Assembly (NCBI GenBank): GCA_040776905.1
Contig: JAXGZQ010000004.1
Location: 13,667 to 77,666, forward strand
Direction: 5' to 3'
Origin: Clostridia bacterium
Lineage (GTDB): Bacteria > Bacillota > Clostridia > Saccharofermentanales > UBA5734
Length of the DNA: 64,000 bases
The stretch's first letter is position 1; every line of letters starts with the position of its first letter. A program made the translations under genes and the position numbers. Below the pieces are notes generated by a model, which saw nothing but the letters and a program-made list of their open reading frames with translations, searched no databases and was not told where the DNA came from. Positions 19,048 through 27,355 of this stretch are shown piece by piece.

Positions 19048-20313
19048 TCAGATCGGCTGGGCCTGCTCAAGCAGGCAGCGTTCAGCTTCAGCGCACCACA
19101 GCTGCCGGTTCGCCGCGACAATGTCCGCCAATTCGCGAAACAGCGGGTCCTTCCCGCCCAGACGGGCAAAATCACTGATCGCGGTCAGGGGAAGCCGAAT
19201 TTGTGTATAAATCAATTTTTTACCGCCTGGAATCTTCGGCAGATTCAACGTGGTGTCGATGACGCTGTTCAGACCGCCGATATGCGTGATCATCGCCGAA
19301 GGATCGATCTGTCCGGCCGACATCATCTCCAGCGCTTCGATCAGGTCATCCGTATTGCCGCCGCTGTTCCCGGCAACATGAGTCGCCCGGTAATGGACAT
19401 CGTAAAAATTGAGACGGGCTGAGAATTCCGGATCGGTCGGTCCGGCGAAGAAATTGAGGCACCCGTCATGGGCCAGAATCTGAACCGCCTGTTCCACCAC
19501 GGCACTGACCGGTGCGTAGACATAAACATCATCGTATCCGTGACCGTCGCCGATTGACAGAAGATGCCCGGGGACATCGGATACATCACGCGTGTTGACA
19601 TACACCAGACGGACACCGCAGCGCTCAGCTTCTGCCTCACTGTAGATCTCACGGGCCCGCTGCAGCCGGTCGTCATCAATATCCGTTACGACCAGCAGGC
19701 CAGGCCTCCTGTCACAGTGCAGGGCATAGTCGATCGCGCCAAGTCCCATCGGTCCGACCCCGGCCAGCAAGGCCATCTGACCGCCTTTGACAATCCCCAT
19801 CCGGTGCTCATAACTGCCGGCCCGGGTGTGATAGTTGACATGAAACCCGCCGATGATGCAGGATACCGGCTCAGCCAGTGAGCCGTGGTAAAACGCCTCT
19901 CCCCGGTAAGGCAGGAGGCAGCCATGTTCCATCACCGTCTCAGGAATGATGATGCGGGTCGCCGCCCCGCCGATATGGCGAAAACTGTAGCCGGGTGCCG
20001 CGTATGGGTCGGCCGGATCATTGATCGCCGGCTGGATCGCGAACCGGTCTCCGGCCTTGAACTGATGCTGCCAGCGGGAACCGACCTCGAGAATACGGCC
20101 GCAGAACTCGTGTCCGATGATCACCGGGTCGGTCGCGATCGTTTCCGGAACACGCTTATGGTCCGCTCCCTGTATCGCTGCTTTATAGGAAGACATGCAG
20201 ATACTGTCAGAGACAATTTCTGCCAGGATTTCTCCGGAACCGATTGGTGGAAGCTCAAACTGCTCCAGTCTCAAGTCATTTTTCCCATATAAACGAACGG
20301 CTTTTGTCTCCAT
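19048..20313 (-). CDS. Zn-dependent dehydrogenase, long (about 420 aa) sorbose-1-phosphate-reductase-like subtype
   Basis: GHEFCGRILEVG zinc motif, an N-terminus typical of polyol/sugar-phosphate MDRs, and GVGPMGLGAI in the Rossmann region. Confidence 0.7.
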   Translation of the reverse strand: METKAVRLYGKNDLRLEQFELPPIGSGEILAEIVSDSICMSSYKAAIQGADHKRVPETIATDPVIIGHEFCGRILEVGSRWQHQFKAGDRFAIQPAINDPADPYAAPGYSFRHIGGAATRIIIPETVMEHGCLLPYRGEAFYHGSLAEPVSCIIGGFHVNYHTRAGSYEHRMGIVKGGQMALLAGVGPMGLGAIDYALHCDRRPGLLVVTDIDDDRLQRAREIYSEAEAERCGVRLVYVNTRDVSDVPGHLLSIGDGHGYDDVYVYAPVSAVVEQAVQILAHDGCLNFFAGPTDPEFSARLNFYDVHYRATHVAGNSGGNTDDLIEALEMMSAGQIDPSAMITHIGGLNSVIDTTLNLPKIPGGKKLIYTQIRLPLTAISDFARLGGKDPLFRELADIVAANRQLWCAEAERCLLEQAQPI

Positions 20314-20382
20314 GGTCGTTCTCCTTCCGGCCGGTTATTCGGGCAGGCCGGGCATCAGCGCCTGTCGGCCCTACAACCGGCA

Positions 20383-20446
20383 TTCTGATTATATCATAGC
20401 GATAATTTCCCAAAGCGAAAAGAATCGCGCCGGGATTGGTATAATC
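20383..20446. promoter_or_regulatory. Back-to-back divergent promoters (13-kb minus-strand operon and PAS-GGDEF gene)
   Basis: On the minus strand, TGATATAAT is read from 20383-20391. On the plus strand, TGGTATAAT lies at about 20438-20446. Both are extended -10 elements. Confidence 0.45.
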
Positions 20447-20484
20447 AATACGAAATGTGACACGATACGGCATGGAGGACAAAC

Positions 20485-21253
20485 ATGAACATGGCTTATT
20501 CAGAATGGACCCGGCAGCAGCTGGTCGATCGAATCCGTGAGCTGGACGCCTTGAATCAAGCGTTGCTGCGGGAGCAGGAACAGGAGGTCCGGCTGGAATT
20601 CGCCTGGAGCGGAAAATCTTGGTCATTGGTACTGGGATGTGGTCAGCAATACCGTGACATTCAATCCGCTCAAAGTCACTACGCTCGGATATCAGATGGA
20701 TGAACTGCCTGGCCAGGTCAGCTATCAGTTTTTCACCGACAAGCTGCATCCCGATGATTTTCAAAAAACAATGGACATCATGTTGGATCATCTTCATGGA
20801 AAAACTCCGGTCTATGAAGCTGAATATCGAATCAGAGCAAAAGACGGCCGCTACCGCTGGTACTACGACCGTGGCAAGGTCACGCGATATGATGCCGATG
20901 GCAAGCCGGTTTTCCTCTCCGGTATTGTCTTCGACATTACTGAGAAGAAAGCCACACAGGTTGAACTGGAGGAAAAAAACAAGCTGTTGGCCAAGATGTC
21001 AGAGCTTGATGGACTGACAAGGATCAGCAACCACCGCGCTCTGGTCGAGCGCCTGAAGAGTGAAACAGAGCGTTCCGACCAGAAGCAGACCCCGCTGGCG
21101 ATCGCGGCCTTTCCGTTTGGTGAAACGCTCTCAATCTCGGTCAGCGGCGGGGTACAGGACTACCGGGGCCAGAGTACGACGGAACTGATTCATGAAGCCG
21201 ATATGAAAATGTATCAAGCCAAACGGAATGGCAAGAACCAGATTGTGATCTGA
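20485..21253 (+). pseudogene. PAS-GGDEF diguanylate cyclase pseudogene (frameshift plus internal in-frame deletion)
   Basis: Two overlapping ORFs cover this region. Removing one A from the A4 run at 20613-20616 fuses them and gives AWSG-NLGHWYWDVVSNTVTFNP, a PAS-type sequence. The GGDEF domain jumps from ...QTPLAIA straight to AFPFGETLSISVSGG, so the DxxFK...GGDEF core is missing. Confidence 0.75.
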
Positions 21254-21402
21254 TTCGTTTTGCTCCTCTTTCACGTGCCGCAGTCATCTATTGTCAAGAG
21301 AAGGTTCATATGATATTCTGTTTTTACTTTGATACTCAAATTATTTGGGTTTAGAACCATTGTCCGGCACAGCCGGCACAGCCAGGAGGAGGATCACCCC
21401 CT

Positions 21403-23211
21403 ATGCAGACGGTTAAAGGAACACAACATTATCAGCGTCAGCGCTTTCGAGATCTGCGTGAGTTGCTGCGCTACTGCGCCACGGAGTACGCGGATCTGCC
21501 TGTCTACCGCTATCATGATTCGCCGGGCGGCCGGGAAACGGTCCATACCTATCGTGAGTATGTCCGGACCATCGATGAGATGGGAACCGGTCTGGCGCAG
21601 TTGGGCCTGAAAGGCGCTTTTGTGGCGATCGTCGGTGCCAATGCCTATGAATGGGCTGTCTCATTCAACAGTGTTGTCAATGGACTTGGTGTCGCGGTGC
21701 CGCTTGACCGGCAGCTGCCCGAACCGGAGGTCATCAGCCTGTGCGAACGGGGCAAAGCCGAGGTGTTCATTTACAATAGCGGTCATCAGGCAATCGCTGA
21801 AGCCGTTGCCGCGACCAACCCGAAAATCCGTTATTTCATCTGTATGAAAGCGGAGACGATCACCCCTGAACTGCGCTTGCGTGATCCCCGTTTCATTGAG
21901 TACCAGGAGGTCATCGAGCGCGGCCGGACAGCGCTGGCCGATGGCGACCGCAGTTTTGTCGAGGCTGATATCGATCCGGAAGCCCTGTGCTCTCTGCTTT
22001 TCACCTCGGGAACGACCGCGATGTCCAAAGGCGTCATGCTGTCACATCGCAATATCACTCATAATGTGCATGCCGTGACCAGTACGATCAATGTTGAAAA
22101 AGGCCAGAGGGCGCTCTCAGTACTGCCCCTGCACCATACGTTTGAGAATACCGTCGGTATGTACATGATGCAGGCCTACGGCTGCTCTATCTGCTTTACG
22201 GACGGACTTCGCTATATCTCGGATAATTTCAAGGAATGGGAGATCAACATTCTGCTGGCCGTACCGCTGCTCTTTGAGAATATCTATCACCAGATCCAGA
22301 AGACCCTGCAGCGCAGCGGCAAACTGCGGCTGGTCAATGCCATGCGCAAAATCTCCAATGTGCTGCGCTTCTTCGGCATTGATATCCGACGCAAACTATT
22401 TCACCAGATCATCGACGCGCTCGGCGGCGGCCTGAAACTCGGCGTCAGCGGCGCGGCTGCGATAGATAAGGAAATCGTCCGTTTCTTCAATGAGATCGGG
22501 ATTGACTTCTTTGCCGGATACGGGTTGACTGAAACGTCACCTGTCGTGGCCGCCTGCAATGAATTTGTCAATGTCTACGGCAGTGTCGGTCAGCCTTTGA
22601 GCACCGTAGAAGTCGCGATTGATACCGATGATCCCAAGCCCGGCGCGGTTGGTGAAATTCTCACACGAAGCGAAAGTGTCATGATGGGATATTATGAAAA
22701 TGAAAGCGCGACGGCCGAAGCGATGACCGCGGACGGCTGGTTCCGTACCGGAGACAGTGGCTACCTGGATAAAAAAGGCTGCCTGTTCATCACCGGGCGG
22801 ATTAAGTCGATGATCGTACTGACGAACGGCAAAAAAGCCTTCCCGGAAGAAATCGAATTTCTCATTGCCCATATTCCCGGTGTCAAGGAGTCCATCGTCT
22901 GGGGCGAATCGTCGAGCCGCGGCGCGGTTGATATCTGCGCCAAACTGGTGCTTGACCCTGACAGCCTGCCACAGGAAACAGCCGGAGATATGGAAAAAAT
23001 CAGTGTCTACATGAATCAGCAGATCAGCGAAATCAATCGCCAGATACCGCCTTATAAGGCCATCAAATATTTCGTTCTTTCAGAAACCGATCTGGTCAAG
23101 ACCACAACGCTGAAAGTCAAACGTCCAATGGAGCATGATCTCATTCACCAGCGGCTGGAAGCGCTCTCCAGTGATATGCGCTCATTAAGCGGCAAGATGA
23201 TCGACGCCTGA
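21403..23211 (+). CDS. Long-chain fatty acid--CoA ligase (AMP-binding)
   Basis: 602 aa with LFTSGTTAMSKGVMLSH and GYGLTETSP motifs, plus a C-terminal TTTLKVKR. Confidence 0.85.
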   Translation: MQTVKGTQHYQRQRFRDLRELLRYCATEYADLPVYRYHDSPGGRETVHTYREYVRTIDEMGTGLAQLGLKGAFVAIVGANAYEWAVSFNSVVNGLGVAVPLDRQLPEPEVISLCERGKAEVFIYNSGHQAIAEAVAATNPKIRYFICMKAETITPELRLRDPRFIEYQEVIERGRTALADGDRSFVEADIDPEALCSLLFTSGTTAMSKGVMLSHRNITHNVHAVTSTINVEKGQRALSVLPLHHTFENTVGMYMMQAYGCSICFTDGLRYISDNFKEWEINILLAVPLLFENIYHQIQKTLQRSGKLRLVNAMRKISNVLRFFGIDIRRKLFHQIIDALGGGLKLGVSGAAAIDKEIVRFFNEIGIDFFAGYGLTETSPVVAACNEFVNVYGSVGQPLSTVEVAIDTDDPKPGAVGEILTRSESVMMGYYENESATAEAMTADGWFRTGDSGYLDKKGCLFITGRIKSMIVLTNGKKAFPEEIEFLIAHIPGVKESIVWGESSSRGAVDICAKLVLDPDSLPQETAGDMEKISVYMNQQISEINRQIPPYKAIKYFVLSETDLVKTTTLKVKRPMEHDLIHQRLEALSSDMRSLSGKMIDA

Positions 23212-23237
23212 TTTTCTCCGTGCAGGCGCATCGACAG

Positions 23238-24248
23238 TCAAACAGCTCCTCCTTTGAAGCGATCTCCCGGCTGATACCGCCAGGAGGTCGCTTCTTTGAC
23301 ACCAAAATCAGGCAGCGGCTGGTACCAGGTCGGGATCAATTCGCGAAAATTCTGATACGACGCGATCATCTGGAGAAGGCCCTGCTGCTCAGTCCGTGTT
23401 GGTGATGCCGCTCGCCATCTTTCGATACGCCAGAGAATCTCAATCGCGATGAAGAGGCGCAGAATCTGATAGGAACGGCTGCCGGCCGCTCCTGCGAAGT
23501 AGCTGTCGAGCACACCGGTCAGGAAAACAGATCCGCTGGCACCTGTATTCAGGACAAGCGCCGCCAAATCACGATATGGATGCCCGGTGACCCGACCGGT
23601 CACACCCGTGAGAACCAGGCCGGATCGAGGTGTCAGGACACCATGCTCCGGCCCCGGCCGTCCATGCAGCCAGGCTGTGCCGTGCCGGGTCCAGATTTTC
23701 GCCAGGGAACGGATCAGGCTGATCATCCGGTCCGGCACAGGGAGGGCCAGTCCGCAGCGTTCAGCACGTGTCAGCAAGTCGGCAGTTTGCCGGCTCCAGT
23801 CAGATGATCCGCAAGCCGGTGGCGGCATCTGGATCTGATGGGGTATCAGTCGATCCGCCGCGTGCAGTTGTCTCAGCACCAGTCCGTAATCAATGCCTGA
23901 GGCATAATCATCCTGAGGTCCGTACTGCCCGAGCCGTCGGCGAACCGGCTCGCCGCGGATCCAACGGCTCAGCAGATATTGAAATTGCCGATCGGCACTG
24001 AGACCGTGCCGGACCGGCTGCGGGACGCAGGCGAACCGTTGGAAAAGAAACTGCAGGCGCTGATAACTGGCGCTGGATCGGTCAATCGATGAATCGGGAA
24101 ACCATCTCAGGCAATACAGCCGGCCAGAGTGAGTTTCGACATAGCAGCTGCGGTGATCATCACGGTCCGACGGCAGTTCGATCAGTCGCCAGCCACCTTC
24201 ATCGGCAAGCAGTTCACTGAGAAGTCTGTCGTTGTCCGGATTGCTCAT
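23238..24248 (-). CDS. Aminoglycoside/choline kinase-fold protein with apparently substituted catalytic residues
   Basis: 336 aa. By eye, the region WLHGRPGPEHGVL...LTGVTGRVTGHPYRDLA aligns to the HGDxxxxN ... iDwe...plyDla pattern of the APH fold. Confidence 0.4.
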   Translation of the reverse strand: MSNPDNDRLLSELLADEGGWRLIELPSDRDDHRSCYVETHSGRLYCLRWFPDSSIDRSSASYQRLQFLFQRFACVPQPVRHGLSADRQFQYLLSRWIRGEPVRRRLGQYGPQDDYASGIDYGLVLRQLHAADRLIPHQIQMPPPACGSSDWSRQTADLLTRAERCGLALPVPDRMISLIRSLAKIWTRHGTAWLHGRPGPEHGVLTPRSGLVLTGVTGRVTGHPYRDLAALVLNTGASGSVFLTGVLDSYFAGAAGSRSYQILRLFIAIEILWRIERWRAASPTRTEQQGLLQMIASYQNFRELIPTWYQPLPDFGVKEATSWRYQPGDRFKGGAV

Positions 24249-24502
24249 ACACCGTCCTCCGCTCGTATCGTTCCTTCATTATAGAGTTCTCTTGCGCCGG
24301 TGGCCCCGGATGTAGATCAACATCGTGTCAACCAGGTCAAAACAAGGACAGACACGCCGGGGTTTCATACGACAATTTTTCGGACACGGTGCATCTGAGC
24401 AAGCTTTCCTGCGGAACTTGCCAAGATAGGGATGCAGGGGGTGGACTTGTCCTTTATAATGGACTCAGACAAAGCAGTGGATCAACCATAAGGCGGTATG
24501 AA

Positions 24503-26011
24503 ATGGCAGATAACTACTATCTCGGCATCGACCTCGGAACATCGAGTGTCAGGGCAGTTCTATTCAATCACGACGGGCAGCCCGTTCATGCTGAGCAGCG
24601 TGAGACACCTCTGATGACGGAAACGGCGGCAACAGCCGAGCTTGATCCTGATCTGATATTCGACCAGCTGATCGAAGTGGTCAGCCAGAGCACTCGCTTC
24701 GCCCGGGAGCACAACCACCATATTCGCGCCATCGGCTGGAGCACTCAGCTGCACAGTCTGATGGCGGTGGATAAGAGCGGCCGCCCCCTGACCCGGCTGA
24801 TGACCTGGGCGGACAGCCGCGCCAATGACCAGGCCGACGAGATCAGCCGCCAGTTTGATTCTGACCGCCTGTACTCAATTACCGGCTGCCGGGCACAGCA
24901 TCCGCTGTATCCACTCAGCAAAATTCTCTGGCTGAAGGAATGCCAGCCGGACGTTTTCGCCAGAGCTCACCGTTTCATCTCCATCAAGACGTATCTGACT
25001 GAACGCCTGTGTGGTGAATATCTGATTGATATCACCGACGCGTCAGCCACAGCGTGCTTCAATATCCGGGAATTTCGCTGGGACCCCTATATTTTGAAGG
25101 AAATACTCGGGCTTGAACCACACCACTTCGCCCGTCCGGTAGCCTGCGAAGCGGTCTTGCCGCCGTTGAAACCTCAGATGCGTCTGCGGCTCGGCCTTGA
25201 ACCGGAAACACTGATTGTCGCCGGAACCGGAGACGGCATCGCGGCTAATCTTGGCTGTGGCATTTTTAATGACAGCGCCATGACCAGTACAATCGGCACG
25301 AGCGGCGCGATCCGCACAACAGTCCGCCAGCCGCTGCTGGATCCGCGGCAGCGAACCTGGTGCTACTGTCTGTCCGATCATCTCTGGGTAGCCGGCGGAG
25401 CGATCAACAATGGCGGAATCGTTCTGCGCTGGCTGCGCGATCAATTCCTGGAAACATTCAAGGCCGATGCCGCGGCTTCAGATCTCAACTCCGTCTACGC
25501 CCAGTTCGACCGCTACGCCGCTGATCTTCCGGCCGGCAGTGACGGCTTGATCTTCCTTCCTCTGTTGACCGGCGAACGTTCACCCAACTGGAACGCCCGT
25601 ACACGCGGTGTTCTGTATGGCCTGGATATCAGGCACAGCCGCGCGCATATTGTCAGAGCAGCCATGGAAGGGATCCTATACCAGATGTATTCGGTCTATC
25701 AGGTACTGGCTTCGATCAGCGGATCATCCATTCAGATCCGCGCCAATGGCGGGTATGCCCGCTCTGAAATATGGCTGCAGATGCAGGCTGACCTGTTCGG
25801 TCAGCCGATCGCGGTCAGTACGGTCAGCGAGGCTTCAGCGTTAGGTGCCGCCTACCTTGGCATGCTGGCCGCCGGTTCCGTATCCCATTTGGGAGAGACG
25901 CTGCCGGCCATGGCCGTCCATAAAATTTTCCAGCCTGATCCAGCCCAGTCCGCGGTGTATCAATCCGGATTCCAGCTGTATCAGGACATCTATCAGCGGC
26001 TGTACCGCTAA
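24503..26011 (+). CDS. gntK: Gluconokinase (FGGY family)
   Basis: MADNYYLGIDLGTSSVRAVLF N-terminus and gnd in the same operon. The track ORF start at 24389 is upstream, so I use ATG 24503. Confidence 0.8.
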   Translation: MADNYYLGIDLGTSSVRAVLFNHDGQPVHAEQRETPLMTETAATAELDPDLIFDQLIEVVSQSTRFAREHNHHIRAIGWSTQLHSLMAVDKSGRPLTRLMTWADSRANDQADEISRQFDSDRLYSITGCRAQHPLYPLSKILWLKECQPDVFARAHRFISIKTYLTERLCGEYLIDITDASATACFNIREFRWDPYILKEILGLEPHHFARPVACEAVLPPLKPQMRLRLGLEPETLIVAGTGDGIAANLGCGIFNDSAMTSTIGTSGAIRTTVRQPLLDPRQRTWCYCLSDHLWVAGGAINNGGIVLRWLRDQFLETFKADAAASDLNSVYAQFDRYAADLPAGSDGLIFLPLLTGERSPNWNARTRGVLYGLDIRHSRAHIVRAAMEGILYQMYSVYQVLASISGSSIQIRANGGYARSEIWLQMQADLFGQPIAVSTVSEASALGAAYLGMLAAGSVSHLGETLPAMAVHKIFQPDPAQSAVYQSGFQLYQDIYQRLYR

Positions 26012-26021
26012 GGAGGATCCC

Positions 26022-27293
26022 ATGCCAATCATCATCGAACGCCCTGAAGCGGCGATTTCAGATCAGGAGCTGCGCGAAGCCCTGCAACAGACGCTGTCAG
26101 GCCGAAACCTGAAAAAAGTTTTGCTGCTGCCTCCCGATCTGACACGCCTCCACTCTGGTGCCGGCCGGATCACGCAGTTATGCTATCAGCTGCTCAGTCC
26201 GGACTGCCAGGTGGACATCATGCCCGCGCTCGGAACACATGACGCGATGACCGAAGCGGAATGCCGCCTGTTTTTCGGCCCCGACATTCCCTGGTCCTCG
26301 TTCATCGCCCATCGTTGGAAAACCGATGTCGTCAAAATCGGTGAGGTGCCGGCCGACTTTATCAGAACCGTCTCTGAGGGACGGATTGATGAAGCATTGC
26401 AGATTGAAATCAACCGTCGCCTGCTCGACCCGCAGTATGACCTGATTCTCTCGATCGGCCAGGTTGTACCGCACGAAGTCGTCGGTATGGCCAACTACAG
26501 CAAGAACATTCTGGTCGGCTGCGGCGGACGAACGGCAATCAACCAGTCACATTTTCTCGGAGCTGTCTATGGACTGGAACGACTGATGGGACGTGACCAT
26601 TCGCCGGTGCGCCAGGTCTTTGATTATGCTGAAGAACATTTCCTCAGCCGGCTGCCGCTGGAATATATCCTGACCGTGACCACCCTGCAGGAGCAGACAG
26701 TTAATCTCGAAGGCCTCTATATCGGGCGTGACCGGTCTTTGTTTGAACAGGCAGTCAAACTGAGCCAGGCGCGGAACTTCATCCATCTTGACCGTGAGCC
26801 GAAAAAAATGGTGGTCTATCTGGATGAACGTGAATTCCGCAGCACCTGGCTCGGCAACAAGGCCGTTTACCGGACACGAATGGCCATTGCTGACGGAGGC
26901 GAACTGCTGATTCTCGCCCCCGGTGTCAAAAAATTCGGCGAGGATCCTGAGATTGACGCACTGCTGCGCCGCTACGGTTATGTCGGCCGGGATCAGATCC
27001 TTGACCTGTATCAGGCTCATGAAGATCTGAGATCGAATCCTTCGGCGGCCGCTCATCTGATTCACGGCTCATCGGACGGACGCTTTACCATCACATACGC
27101 CGTTCGCCATCTCAGCCGTGAAGCGGTCGAAAAGGCCGGTTATCAATACGCTTCGCTGGATGACATGTTAAAGCGATACGACCCGGACCATCTGAAACCG
27201 GGTTATAATCAATTACCGGATGGTGAGGAAATCTACTTTATCAGCAATCCGGCCGTCGGTCTCTGGGCCAGCCGCCAGCGACTGGCCCACTGA
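26022..27293 (+). CDS. LarA-like (DUF2088) nickel-pincer-dependent 2-hydroxyacid racemase/epimerase family protein
   Basis: 424 aa from ATG 26022, preceded by AGGAGG. ALGTHDAMT corresponds to the LarA ATGxHR His. In VPHEVVGMANYSKNILVG the His and Lys are exactly 10 residues apart, like LarA His174/Lys184. Confidence 0.65.
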   Translation: MPIIIERPEAAISDQELREALQQTLSGRNLKKVLLLPPDLTRLHSGAGRITQLCYQLLSPDCQVDIMPALGTHDAMTEAECRLFFGPDIPWSSFIAHRWKTDVVKIGEVPADFIRTVSEGRIDEALQIEINRRLLDPQYDLILSIGQVVPHEVVGMANYSKNILVGCGGRTAINQSHFLGAVYGLERLMGRDHSPVRQVFDYAEEHFLSRLPLEYILTVTTLQEQTVNLEGLYIGRDRSLFEQAVKLSQARNFIHLDREPKKMVVYLDEREFRSTWLGNKAVYRTRMAIADGGELLILAPGVKKFGEDPEIDALLRRYGYVGRDQILDLYQAHEDLRSNPSAAAHLIHGSSDGRFTITYAVRHLSREAVEKAGYQYASLDDMLKRYDPDHLKPGYNQLPDGEEIYFISNPAVGLWASRQRLAH

Positions 27294-27355
27294 ACAGCAG
27301 ATAGCCGGCTGACCCTGCGAAGCAGCATGGCGGCCGCGTCACAAGGAGGACAACT

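Noticed and set aside
25845-26021. 59-codon N-terminal extension of the LarA-like ORF.
   Set aside because: It overlaps the 3' end of gntK in another frame. AGGAGG plus ATG at 26022 gives a normal-length protein.
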